Positions 8,975-18,035 of a stretch of DNA of 50,816 nt are shown in pieces; within the stretch, counting starts at the first letter, position 1, and the number at the start of each line of letters is the position of its first letter. The position numbers were made by a program, and so were the translations under genes. Origin of the DNA: Verrucomicrobiota bacterium (GTDB lineage: Bacteria > Verrucomicrobiota > Verrucomicrobiia > Limisphaerales > SXQI01). The stretch is from positions 1 through 50,816 of the forward strand of contig JANRLX010000118.1 in NCBI GenBank assembly GCA_033762115.1. Reading direction: 5' to 3'. The notes under the pieces were generated by a model. It ran no database searches. It saw nothing but the letters and a program-made list of their open reading frames with translations, and had not been told where the DNA came from.

Positions 8975-10453
8975 ATGAAGTCTGATTTGATGTTCGTGCT
9001 GGACACCGCTTCCTGGCCTGCGTTGCTGGTCGAGGATTCGGGTACTGTCCGTCGTGCCAGCGAAGGAGCCAAAGCTCTTTTCGGGACAGTGCTGGAAGGA
9101 GCCCCTAGCCTCAGCGCAATTTGGGCGAAGGAGAATGAAACCGCGGCGGAACTGTTTTTGCAAAAATGGGAGCGTTCCCCCAGCAGTGTCACAGCACTGA
9201 AGTTCCGGGTGAAGGATGGCTCCATCGTCAGTTACCAGGTGCATATCGCCCGTTTTCAAACGGACAGCAAAAAAGTTTACGTTCTTCAGTTGTTTAAAAC
9301 GGAACCCTCCTCAAACGAAGCAACGGCCCATAAACAAAAATTGGATTGCGCATTGCAACTTACCCGCACAGTGGCGCTGGATTTTAATAATGCGCTGACA
9401 AGCATCCTGGGGCATACCTCGTTGATTCTGGGGCAGATGCAACCGGACAATCCGTACAGGAATTCATTGGTGGAAGTGGAAAAATCCGCCGAGAAAGCCG
9501 CCGAAATTGCCCATGACCTTGCCGCATTCAGCCGGCAGGAAAAGGATGCCAAAAACCAGCAGACAGGAAACCTGAATGAACTGGTGCGGCGAAGTGTGGA
9601 ATTATTCAAAACTCCCGCTTACCCGAACCTTTTCTGGGGATTAAACCTCGAGGCAAAGCTTTTCAGCGCGACTTTTGATGAAGCGAAGATGCAGCAGGCT
9701 TTTGTCAAAGTCCTTGATAACGCGGTGCAGGCGGTGCCTGCGGGAGGCAGAATCGTGGTGACAACCACGAATGTGGACATTAATGAACCGCGCCATGATG
9801 GAAACGTGACGATCGCCCCGGGCAGTTACGTTTGCGTGGAGTTTTCTGATTCCGGCTGCGGCATCCCCAAGGAAGTTCTGCCAAGGATTTTCGAACCTTT
9901 TTTCACGACAAAGAATAATCCGGCCAATCGCGGATTGGGGCTGGCCTGGGTGTACGGGATCGTGACCAATCATGGGGGAAGCGTGGCAGTTTCCAGCGAG
10001 GTGGATGTCGGCACTTCGGTGCGAATTTACCTCCCTGCACACAAGCGGATCGTCAAGGACCGAACAGTCAAACCAGATGATCTCAGCGGCAATCATACTG
10101 TCCTGATGATTGATGATGAAGACCTTATGCTGACGATGGGGGAAACTGTGCTTTCCGCGTTCGGCTATCGGGTGCTGACTGCGAATAGTGGGGAGAAGGG
10201 GCTTGCTGTCTTCGCCAGGAATGCGCGGGAAATTGACCTGGTGATCACCGACCTGGTGATGCCGCAAATGAGTGGCCGGGAATTGATCGAGGAATTGAGA
10301 AAAATTTCTCCTGATGTGCCAGTGATTTGTGCGAGCGGCTTTGTGCGGAATGCCAATACGGAGGAGGATGAGATGTATTTGCAAAAACCGTTCACGACCC
10401 AGGAACTGTTAAGAAAGGTCAAGCAGGTGCTTTCATCCCAAGCTGTAGCCTGA
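8975..10453 (+). CDS. CckA-like hybrid sensor kinase (PAS-like, HisKA, HATPase, REC) with the H-box His replaced by Leu
   Basis: ALDFNN in place of AHDFNN; DSGCGI, RIFEPFFTTK and GLGLAWVYGIV; receiver IDDE...ITDLVMP...LQKPF. Confidence 0.9.
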   Translation: MKSDLMFVLDTASWPALLVEDSGTVRRASEGAKALFGTVLEGAPSLSAIWAKENETAAELFLQKWERSPSSVTALKFRVKDGSIVSYQVHIARFQTDSKKVYVLQLFKTEPSSNEATAHKQKLDCALQLTRTVALDFNNALTSILGHTSLILGQMQPDNPYRNSLVEVEKSAEKAAEIAHDLAAFSRQEKDAKNQQTGNLNELVRRSVELFKTPAYPNLFWGLNLEAKLFSATFDEAKMQQAFVKVLDNAVQAVPAGGRIVVTTTNVDINEPRHDGNVTIAPGSYVCVEFSDSGCGIPKEVLPRIFEPFFTTKNNPANRGLGLAWVYGIVTNHGGSVAVSSEVDVGTSVRIYLPAHKRIVKDRTVKPDDLSGNHTVLMIDDEDLMLTMGETVLSAFGYRVLTANSGEKGLAVFARNAREIDLVITDLVMPQMSGRELIEELRKISPDVPVICASGFVRNANTEEDEMYLQKPFTTQELLRKVKQVLSSQAVA

Positions 10454-10551
10454 CGCTATTCCAGGGGGAAATATTCAGGTTTTTAAAAAAAAGTTTTCCA
10501 ACGGATGTCGCTCGTTGACACTCCCTGATTTTTCAGCCTTCTATTGACCAG

Positions 10552-11463
10552 ATGCAAATTGAGAGTCTGAAAGCGTTCTGCGATCTGGCAGAAACTGAAA
10601 GTTTTACACGGGCTGCCGAGGTCAACGAGATCACTCAATCGGCCGTCAGCCAGCAGGTAAGCATGCTGGAACGCACTTTCAAATCGCTGTTGATCGAACG
10701 GAGCAAAAAGAAATTCCGCCTGACGCGTGAAGGTGAAATCCTTTATGATTACAGCAAGCAGATCATCCAGACCTACGATTCGCTTCAGCACCGCCTCCAG
10801 GAGATCAAGGACATTGTTTCCGGAACTATCCGGGTCTCCACCATCTACAGCATTGGACTGCACGATCTGCCCCCTTATCTTAAAACATTCCTGAAGCTTT
10901 ACCCCACAGTGAACGTGCATGTGGAGTACCGCCGTTCAAACCAGGTGTATGAAGATGTGCTTGGGAATGTGGTGGATCTGGGACTTGTGGCCTATCCAGC
11001 GCGAGACCCGAAGCTTGAAATTATCAATCTTCGGAAGGACAAGCTGGTTTTAATCTGTCATCCACAACATCCATTCGCAAAAGCAAAAGCGGTGCGCCTG
11101 AAGGACATCGCAAACCAGAAATTTATCGGTTTTGAACCGGACATTCCCACACGCAAGGCAATTGACAAGGTGTTAAAGGAACAGGGCATCCATGTCACGC
11201 ATGTGATGGAGTTTGATAACATTGAAACGGTGAAGCGGGCAGTGGAAATCGATGCCGGAATTTCAATCGTCCCTGAGAGCACCATCGGGCAGGAAGTGGC
11301 AAAACAGACACTTGTCCAGGTGAGCCTGGACACGCAGGACCTGTATCGTTCGCTGGGGGCGATTTACAAAAGAAACAAGGTGCTCTCCCCTGCCATGAAA
11401 CAGTTCATTGCCATACTCAAGGGGGAACCAATTGGTTCCAAAAATGTTAAAGCAGAGGCTTGA
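10552..11463 (+). CDS. LysR-family transcriptional regulator
   Basis: N-terminal HTH SFTRAAEVNEITQSAVSQQV; substrate-binding domain with EFDNIETVKRAV. Confidence 0.95.
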   Translation: MQIESLKAFCDLAETESFTRAAEVNEITQSAVSQQVSMLERTFKSLLIERSKKKFRLTREGEILYDYSKQIIQTYDSLQHRLQEIKDIVSGTIRVSTIYSIGLHDLPPYLKTFLKLYPTVNVHVEYRRSNQVYEDVLGNVVDLGLVAYPARDPKLEIINLRKDKLVLICHPQHPFAKAKAVRLKDIANQKFIGFEPDIPTRKAIDKVLKEQGIHVTHVMEFDNIETVKRAVEIDAGISIVPESTIGQEVAKQTLVQVSLDTQDLYRSLGAIYKRNKVLSPAMKQFIAILKGEPIGSKNVKAEA

Positions 11464-13096
11464 TCAGTTCCTGCTCCTCCGGCTTTAACCGGGAATTCCG
11501 GAGAGGGCGAACAAGAGTCCTGGCCAGATCCTTTTCCCCCGAGGCGTTCAACACGGCAGCGCGAACTGCCAGCCAGCCAGGCAACACATTCAGCCAATTC
11601 ACCTCCACACCGGCGTATAGCTCACGCGCCTGCCCTGCCCTGCCCTGTCGCAACAGTGCAAGCGCCAGCGTGGTGCGATAAGCGAGCCGATTCGGATGCT
11701 CCCTGTAAAGTGCGGCGGCAATGGCTTCGGATGCTTCCACCTGTTCATTCAGGAGAAGATTGAGGTAGGCAAGGTCATTCCTGGCCGGTTCGTTCTGAGG
11801 GGAGCGCGAGACTATTTCCTTCATCAATTCTCGCAAGGTTCGGGTGCTTCCCTGTTGTTCGGCGAGGCGGATCAATCCAGCGTAAGCACGTTCTGAAAAT
11901 TTCGGTTCGGTGGTTAATCGCTGGTAGGCCCAGCGAGCCTGTTCCCATTCACCCAACTGCTCGGCATATTCCGCGACATAAGCGAGCGCATCCGGTTTGC
12001 CAGTTGCTTCGATCATGACTTTGCGCCAGTGGCTCTCGGCAATTTGGGATGAGCCGAGTTCCTTGTTGACACGTGCGAGGTATAATTCCCGCAGGTAAGG
12101 TTGGATCATCCGATTTGTTTTCAGAATGGCCGAGACAGCGCTCCATTCACGCATTCCCGCGAGGGCATCCAGATGGGCCAGAAGGATGGTTTGATTAGTG
12201 GCGAAAGTTGCGGGCAGCACTTCCAGTGTGTGGTTAAAAGCGCGATGTCGATTGTACCAGCGGGCAAGGTTGAGGCGATTTTCAGGATCACTTAAACTCA
12301 CCTGGGAAAGTTCATTAAAAAGTTCCTCACGACGTTCCGGATGTAATTTCATTTCAAGCTCCGCCGCGCGAGTCAACTGATGCAAACTTCCCTTTGGATG
12401 GGAACGCAACGCCTGGGCAACCATTGCAAGGCCATGATTGCCGACAGGAAATTCCGAGAGAAGCAGGAGCGCATCGAGCGAAGCCTGGTCTGTACCGGTG
12501 GCAACTTCCTTGAGAATTTCGAGGGCACGCTCGTTTGCTGCCGGGTCATTCAAACTGTGCAATGCCTGCCCCAGCAGTAATTTAGCGTCCCGATTCGCGG
12601 GAGACAATTCAACCCATTTTTCAGCGAATGCAGTAGCCTGCTCAAAATTGCGGCTGACAAGGGTCACCTCAGTGGCGAGTTGCAGGTTCAAAGCATTGGT
12701 GGGATTGATGGCAATCAATTGATTGATGTTCGTATAGGCCATATCTGCTTTTCCCAGGCGCAGGGCAATTCGAACCAGTTCACGCCTGTCCTCCTCGCTG
12801 GCCTTTTCGATTTCGATCAGATTATTCCAGAATGTAAGGGCATGCTCGTTTTCAGCGACGGAGTACAAACGCGCAGCGGCACGAAGAATTTTTTCATCGT
12901 TGGGGTTTAGCTGGTAGGCAGCCTGGGTGGTGCGGAATGCCTCGTTCCAACGCTGCTGCCTGATGGCTTTTTCAGCTTTGGCAACCAAAGCATGGGAACG
13001 CCATTTTTTGATCTGCTGATATAAAAATGGGGTGGCAATGCCTCCAATGATCAGCAGCCAAAGCAACCATTTTTGTTTCGCGAATTTCAGCATCAC
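11447..13096 (-). CDS. Membrane-anchored TPR protein
   Basis: N-terminal TM helix, many TPR-like helical repeats, NDLAYLNLLL motif. Start overlaps the exosortase stop. Confidence 0.85.
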   Translation of the reverse strand: MMLKFAKQKWLLWLLIIGGIATPFLYQQIKKWRSHALVAKAEKAIRQQRWNEAFRTTQAAYQLNPNDEKILRAAARLYSVAENEHALTFWNNLIEIEKASEEDRRELVRIALRLGKADMAYTNINQLIAINPTNALNLQLATEVTLVSRNFEQATAFAEKWVELSPANRDAKLLLGQALHSLNDPAANERALEILKEVATGTDQASLDALLLLSEFPVGNHGLAMVAQALRSHPKGSLHQLTRAAELEMKLHPERREELFNELSQVSLSDPENRLNLARWYNRHRAFNHTLEVLPATFATNQTILLAHLDALAGMREWSAVSAILKTNRMIQPYLRELYLARVNKELGSSQIAESHWRKVMIEATGKPDALAYVAEYAEQLGEWEQARWAYQRLTTEPKFSERAYAGLIRLAEQQGSTRTLRELMKEIVSRSPQNEPARNDLAYLNLLLNEQVEASEAIAAALYREHPNRLAYRTTLALALLRQGRAGQARELYAGVEVNWLNVLPGWLAVRAAVLNASGEKDLARTLVRPLRNSRLKPEEQELIKPLL

Positions 13097-14580
13097 TTCG
13101 CAATGACAATCTGCTTTTCCAAAAAGTCCGCGAACATTTTTTCTGCGGAAACAAATTCAGGTGACCCAGCGATCACAATTTCCAGCACGCGTTGTCCCAG
13201 GTGACGTTTTCCTTCACGGACTGCTTTTAACCGGGTGCGCCAGTTGAACCGTTCCGAAGTTTCCAGTCCCAGCGGGACATCTTCCCACAAACAAAAAAAC
13301 ACGAGGTAAGTGGCGCCGTTGCGCTCAAAAACATATCTTTCCACAGGCAGGGTAAAGTTTCCGGCCTTGAATAATTTTTCGCCATATTCCTGTTTCAGGC
13401 GCAATCCTGTCGAAGGGAGACAGCTTTCGGGGCGATGGTTTCCCGCTAATTGCGCGGCGGCGCGGCCCGGTTCCCATCGCAAAAAGTAACCAAACCAGTC
13501 AGCGCCGTTGGGCCCGATCCATCGTGCGAACTCTCCTTGATTATAACGCAACAGCACCTGGGTGGTCTCAGGAATACGTTGAAAGCGAAAGCTGGTTTCA
13601 TTGGTTGGCCATTGCAGGGACCAGGCATGGCGGGCGGTCTTTCCTTGTTCATGGGAGCGATACCAAAATTCCTTCGCAAGGTGGGCGGTCAGGAGCCAGA
13701 TTATAATGGAGGCGGAAAAGCTCCAGGAAGGAAGCGGGACCGCATCCGTAACGACGGAGATGGCTGGGTCCCCGGAAAATTTCTTCGCCAGCCACATCAA
13801 AAAAAGGAAGGTGACACACACGATCAACAATCCTGCGGGATCATGCCATTGTTCAATCGCTCCGAGGCCATTTTTTGCAGCGATGCTCGTTAAGAGAAAA
13901 GTGCGAGCGAGATTCAAACAAAATGAAATCATCCCGCCCAGGAGGAGGAGAAGGAAGCGATTCGGCAGGGTAAGCCGTGACAACTCACCGAAGAAAAGCG
14001 CAAGCATGATGGTGGATTGCAATGAACGAATACCGCTGCACGCTTCATCAACGCTGACAGTGCCCGTGGCGAGTTCAATCAGGTTACCGCGCTGGGCCGC
14101 TGGGATTCCCAGACCATTCAAAAGATCAACGGTAAAAGCTGCAACCATCCGCATGGAGCCACGTATGAAAGGTTCCTCAACAAAGGTGGGCCATGGCACA
14201 GCGGTTGCCACAAACAGTAGCGGGAAGCTAAAGTGGCGCAGCCATTTTTCACCTCCCATAGTCCAGATCAAAAGCATGGTAAGCCCGACCACAAACAGGG
14301 CATAGGTCCAACTGACCAGGCGCCATTCGGGGTTTGCCTCCTGCACCATTTCGAGCGGCAGGGCAAGGGCTGGCAGCAACCAGATCCAGGGAGAGAAGGG
14401 CTTCACGCTTGCCGCAGGACGATCTTTCCAGCGCTTTGAAAAGAGGTAGGCAGCGAGGAAAGGCACTCCCCAGCCGTAGCTGTATTGCGGATTAATGCTC
14501 CAATCGACATGCAATTGATGGAACAAGGTGAACCACAATAAGGCAAAGCCCACGAGCGACCTGGCAACGCGCAACAACAT
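13093..14580 (-). CDS. Exosortase with a fused C-terminal EpsI-like domain
   Basis: W..NPQYSYG; catalytic Cys (VDEACSGIRSL), Arg (NLAR) and His (WHD); multiple TM helices; C-terminal HRPESCLPSTG. Confidence 0.9.
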   Translation of the reverse strand: MLLRVARSLVGFALLWFTLFHQLHVDWSINPQYSYGWGVPFLAAYLFSKRWKDRPAASVKPFSPWIWLLPALALPLEMVQEANPEWRLVSWTYALFVVGLTMLLIWTMGGEKWLRHFSFPLLFVATAVPWPTFVEEPFIRGSMRMVAAFTVDLLNGLGIPAAQRGNLIELATGTVSVDEACSGIRSLQSTIMLALFFGELSRLTLPNRFLLLLLGGMISFCLNLARTFLLTSIAAKNGLGAIEQWHDPAGLLIVCVTFLFLMWLAKKFSGDPAISVVTDAVPLPSWSFSASIIIWLLTAHLAKEFWYRSHEQGKTARHAWSLQWPTNETSFRFQRIPETTQVLLRYNQGEFARWIGPNGADWFGYFLRWEPGRAAAQLAGNHRPESCLPSTGLRLKQEYGEKLFKAGNFTLPVERYVFERNGATYLVFFCLWEDVPLGLETSERFNWRTRLKAVREGKRHLGQRVLEIVIAGSPEFVSAEKMFADFLEKQIVIAK

Positions 14581-14703
14581 TGGCCAGACCACCTTACCTT
14601 ACGCTTCCGACAAGGTAAATCTCGGCTGCAACGCATCTCCTTCTTTACGAAAGCGTGATGCTCGATTAATTTCGCGGCTTTAATAACCAGTATTATAAAA
14701 CGT

Positions 14704-16020
14704 ATGGCAGAAGCATTTCCGGGCATTGGCAAGATCCAATTTGAAGGACCGAAGTCAAAAAACCCGCTCGCATTCAAACATTATAACCCTGACGAGTTGG
14801 TGGAAGGGAAGTCGATGAAGGAGCATCTTCGCTTCTCTGTCGTGTATTGGCACACATTTCGCGGAATGGGAGCGGACATGTTTGGCAGCGGCACGATGCA
14901 ACGCCCATGGGAGACCGGGCCGGACAATCTCGATGCGGCGTTGCGGCGTGTGGATGTGGCCTTTGAATTTATCGAGAAGCTTGGAGCGCCTTTTTATGCG
15001 TTTCATGATCGCGATGTGGCACCGGAAGGGGCGAACCTGGCCGAGAGCAATCGAAACCTCGACGCCGTGGTGAAGAAATTGAAGGAGGCGCAGCAACGGA
15101 CTGGCGTCAAGCTGCTCTGGGGCACGGCCTGCATGTTCGTGCATCCACGTTTCATGCACGGGGCCTCAACGAGTTGCAATGCGGATGTCTTTGCCTATGC
15201 CGCCGCTCAGGTGAAAAAGGCGATGGAAGCCACGCACGAATTGAACGGTGAAGGTTACGTTTTCTGGGGTGGGCGTGAAGGTTACACCACACTCCTGAAC
15301 ACGAACCTGAAACGGGAGATGGACCATCTGGGCAGGTTCATGCACATGGCCGTGGATTACAAAAAGGCGATTGGGTTCAAGGGGCCTTTTTATATTGAAC
15401 CGAAGCCGAAGGAACCGACCAAGCACCAGTATGATTCGGATTCTGCCGCCTGCCTGAATTTCCTGCGGGAGTACGGGTTGCTGGAGCATTTCAAATTAAA
15501 CATCGAGACGAACCATGCAACGCTGGCGGGGCACAGCATGCAGCATGAACTGGAAGTGGCCGCGGCCGCTGGGGCGCTCGGTTCGATCGATGCAAACATG
15601 GGTGACGTGTTGCTGGGCTGGGACACGGACCAGTTCCCGACTGACCTTTATCTGACCACGCATTGCATGTTGACGATCCTTAAAAATGGCGGGTTCACGA
15701 CTGGTGGGACGAATTTCGACGCGAAGGTGCGCCGGGAAAGCTTTGAGCCAGTCGATCTGTTTTATGCCCACATCGCGGGCATGGATACATTTGCCCGTGG
15801 ATTGAAGATCGCGGCGGCAATTCGCAAGGACGGGCGATTGGATGATTTCGTGAAGCAACGTTACAGTTCATGGGACAGCGGCATCGGTGCCCAGATCGAA
15901 TCCGGCAAGGTCGGCTTCCGCGAGCTTGAAGATTACATCCTGAAGAAGGGTGAAATCGCCCCGCACCAGAGTGGTCGCCAGGAATATCTGGAGAACATTT
16001 TCAACGAGTTTATCAACTGA
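14704..16020 (+). CDS. xylA: Xylose isomerase (class II)
   Basis: [59 protein letters not shown]. Confidence 0.98.
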   Translation: MAEAFPGIGKIQFEGPKSKNPLAFKHYNPDELVEGKSMKEHLRFSVVYWHTFRGMGADMFGSGTMQRPWETGPDNLDAALRRVDVAFEFIEKLGAPFYAFHDRDVAPEGANLAESNRNLDAVVKKLKEAQQRTGVKLLWGTACMFVHPRFMHGASTSCNADVFAYAAAQVKKAMEATHELNGEGYVFWGGREGYTTLLNTNLKREMDHLGRFMHMAVDYKKAIGFKGPFYIEPKPKEPTKHQYDSDSAACLNFLREYGLLEHFKLNIETNHATLAGHSMQHELEVAAAAGALGSIDANMGDVLLGWDTDQFPTDLYLTTHCMLTILKNGGFTTGGTNFDAKVRRESFEPVDLFYAHIAGMDTFARGLKIAAAIRKDGRLDDFVKQRYSSWDSGIGAQIESGKVGFRELEDYILKKGEIAPHQSGRQEYLENIFNEFIN

Positions 16021-16043
16021 TCAAGTCAGTATAAATGTCGCAC

Positions 16044-16070
16044 AAGCCCCGGTTCTGCCGGGGCTTTTTT
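16044..16070 (+). terminator. Rho-independent terminator of xylA
   Basis: AAGCCCCGG-TTCTG-CCGGGGCTT followed by a T run. Confidence 0.9.
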
Positions 16071-16108
16071 CTTTACGAACGAAGGTGGACTCCTTATGGT
16101 CTTGTCCC

Positions 16109-17824
16109 ATGGCAAATCCATCCTGGTTTTCAAAACTCACGTGGCTACTTGTCTTTATGGCGTGTTTAATGCAATTCAGCGCTCCACAATCCGCCGCCGC
16201 TTCGCGCCCGACCATTCTTGAGAGCCCGGCAAGCCAGGTCGCAGCCATTCACACAAAGATGAGTTTGACAGTCTCTGTGGTCACCAGCGGGACCACTTCC
16301 TACCGATGGTACAAGGATGACCAGTTACTGACCAATAGCACGAAACCCAGCTTTGACTTTGCCAGTGTTTATTTCCCCGATTCGGGGAAATATCACGTGG
16401 TTGTTTCAAATCATGTTGGCGCGACGGTTAGTGATCCCGCGATCTTGACCGTGGTTCCACAGCCGCGTTTTGAGCTTGTCGGGAATGCATCGTTGCCCTC
16501 AGGAAACAGTTCGATACGAATGGAAGTAAAGGACAATTTGGCCTTCATTGTGAATGACAGATTAAGAATCTACGATCTTTCTGACCTGACCAATATCTCC
16601 AAAGTGAGTGAGCTGAGTGCAAGCGTTAGAAGCGTCGCGATTCGAGACAATCTGATCTATGGGCATGATGCGGAGCACTTAAAAGTGATCGACGTGGGTG
16701 ATCCCTCCAAGCCGGTTCTTGTTGGCTCGACTCCATTAAGCCTGGGTGGAGGTAAAACAGGTATTCAGTTGGTTGGTTCCAATGCTTTTGTGCAGGTTCT
16801 CCAGGGATTCGAAATATTTGATATCAGTAACTCGACCAACCCTGTGTGGCTGAGTTCTTATACGTTGGCGAATCCCCTGGATATTGGGATCTCGCAAAAC
16901 GTTGTCTATATCGTGACGGAGATGGCACGACTTCACCTGATTGACGCAACAAATCCTTTGGAACCAACGTTCATCAAAACTCTTGTCCTGACAAACTCGG
17001 TAAACTCAGCAAGCAAATTAAAAATCGCTGGAGATCGCCTTTATGTCGGGGGAACCTCATTAGCAGTTTTTGATATTTCTGATCCAGCAAATCCTCGGGT
17101 AATAGGGAAAAGTCGAAAAACCGGCAACGAATCCACAGCTGCGATTGAGGTTGAGGGGGATTTTGCTTACTGGGCTACAAACGGCATCCGTTCAGGTGTT
17201 ACAGTTTTTGATGTTGGCGCTCCGGCTCACTTAGGAGCAGTTCAAAAAATAAATGCCGAGAATGTTGAGGCAATATCCATTAAAAACGAGCTGGTTATTT
17301 TCGCATCTTCCGCCCGGCTGCAAATTTATAAATGGCTTCCAGCCACAAACCTGCCAGTGCCTGTTACCCTGATCCGAAATACAGCAGCGGTCACGAACAC
17401 ACCGGTCTGTTTGGAAGCTTATGGCAGCGGTGGTGAACCGCTCCAATGGCGATGGTTTCACAATGAGACTCTGCTTTCCGGCGAAACCAATAACAGTTTG
17501 AAAATTTCCTCTGCCAATGAATCAACCATCGGAACCTACTCTGTTGAAATGGGTAATGGAATAGGATGGGTCTCGGGGGGGACTGCGCAACTGGCATTAA
17601 CCGAAGCTGAACCTCTGGGTCTGGCATTTGCATCTGATCCCGCAGGGTTAAGAGTCCAGCTCAATCTAAGCGAAGGAATCCAAGGGTATTTGGAGGCCTC
17701 GACAAACCTGACTTCATGGGGACCGATTTGGTCCGGCCAGATCGGAGCGCAGCCTCCGAAGATTATCGATTCCACAAATTCAATTTTAAATCGTTTTTAT
17801 CGTTTTCGATTTGGGCTGGAATAG
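16109..17824 (+). CDS. Secreted Ig-domain / LVIVD-repeat protein with a conserved C-terminal 'ASTNL..W...RFYR' domain
   Basis: Signal peptide; Ig domain (YRWYKD...DSGKYHVVVSN); LVIVD repeats (LKVIDVGDPSKP, LAVFDISDPANP); second Ig domain. ATG 16109 preferred because the terminator lies upstream of it. Confidence 0.85.
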   Translation: MANPSWFSKLTWLLVFMACLMQFSAPQSAAASRPTILESPASQVAAIHTKMSLTVSVVTSGTTSYRWYKDDQLLTNSTKPSFDFASVYFPDSGKYHVVVSNHVGATVSDPAILTVVPQPRFELVGNASLPSGNSSIRMEVKDNLAFIVNDRLRIYDLSDLTNISKVSELSASVRSVAIRDNLIYGHDAEHLKVIDVGDPSKPVLVGSTPLSLGGGKTGIQLVGSNAFVQVLQGFEIFDISNSTNPVWLSSYTLANPLDIGISQNVVYIVTEMARLHLIDATNPLEPTFIKTLVLTNSVNSASKLKIAGDRLYVGGTSLAVFDISDPANPRVIGKSRKTGNESTAAIEVEGDFAYWATNGIRSGVTVFDVGAPAHLGAVQKINAENVEAISIKNELVIFASSARLQIYKWLPATNLPVPVTLIRNTAAVTNTPVCLEAYGSGGEPLQWRWFHNETLLSGETNNSLKISSANESTIGTYSVEMGNGIGWVSGGTAQLALTEAEPLGLAFASDPAGLRVQLNLSEGIQGYLEASTNLTSWGPIWSGQIGAQPPKIIDSTNSILNRFYRFRFGLE

Positions 17825-17954
17825 GAAATCCAACAGCAAGAGAATTTGATCTTCAATACAGAGGAGCGATTGCAACACACTCTTGCTCTCTTGGGAAAGT
17901 CTGGCATCTTCTCAAGCTGATTAGCACAATCATGCATTCTGTTGTGCTGAATGC

Positions 17955-18030
17955 GGGCGATTGGCGCAGCGGTTAGCGCGTCTGCTTTACACGCAGAATG
18001 TCGGGGGTTCGAATCCCTCATCGCCCACCA
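17955..18030 (+). tRNA. tRNA-Val(TAC)
   Basis: 76-nt cloverleaf: acceptor GGGCGAT/ATCGCCC, anticodon arm TCTGC-TTTACAC-GCAGA, TTCGAATC T-loop, encoded CCA. Confidence 0.97.
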
Positions 18031-18035
18031 TTTTT

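Noticed and set aside
15950..16108. N-terminal extension of the Ig/LVIVD ORF in the ORF track
   Set aside because: Overlaps xylA and spans its terminator; the signal peptide starts at ATG 16109.
17835..17948. Inverted repeats upstream of tRNA-Val (AGCAAGAG/CTCTTGCT; AGCACAA/TTGTGCT)
   Set aside because: Only 7-8 bp with long spacers; compatible with chance.
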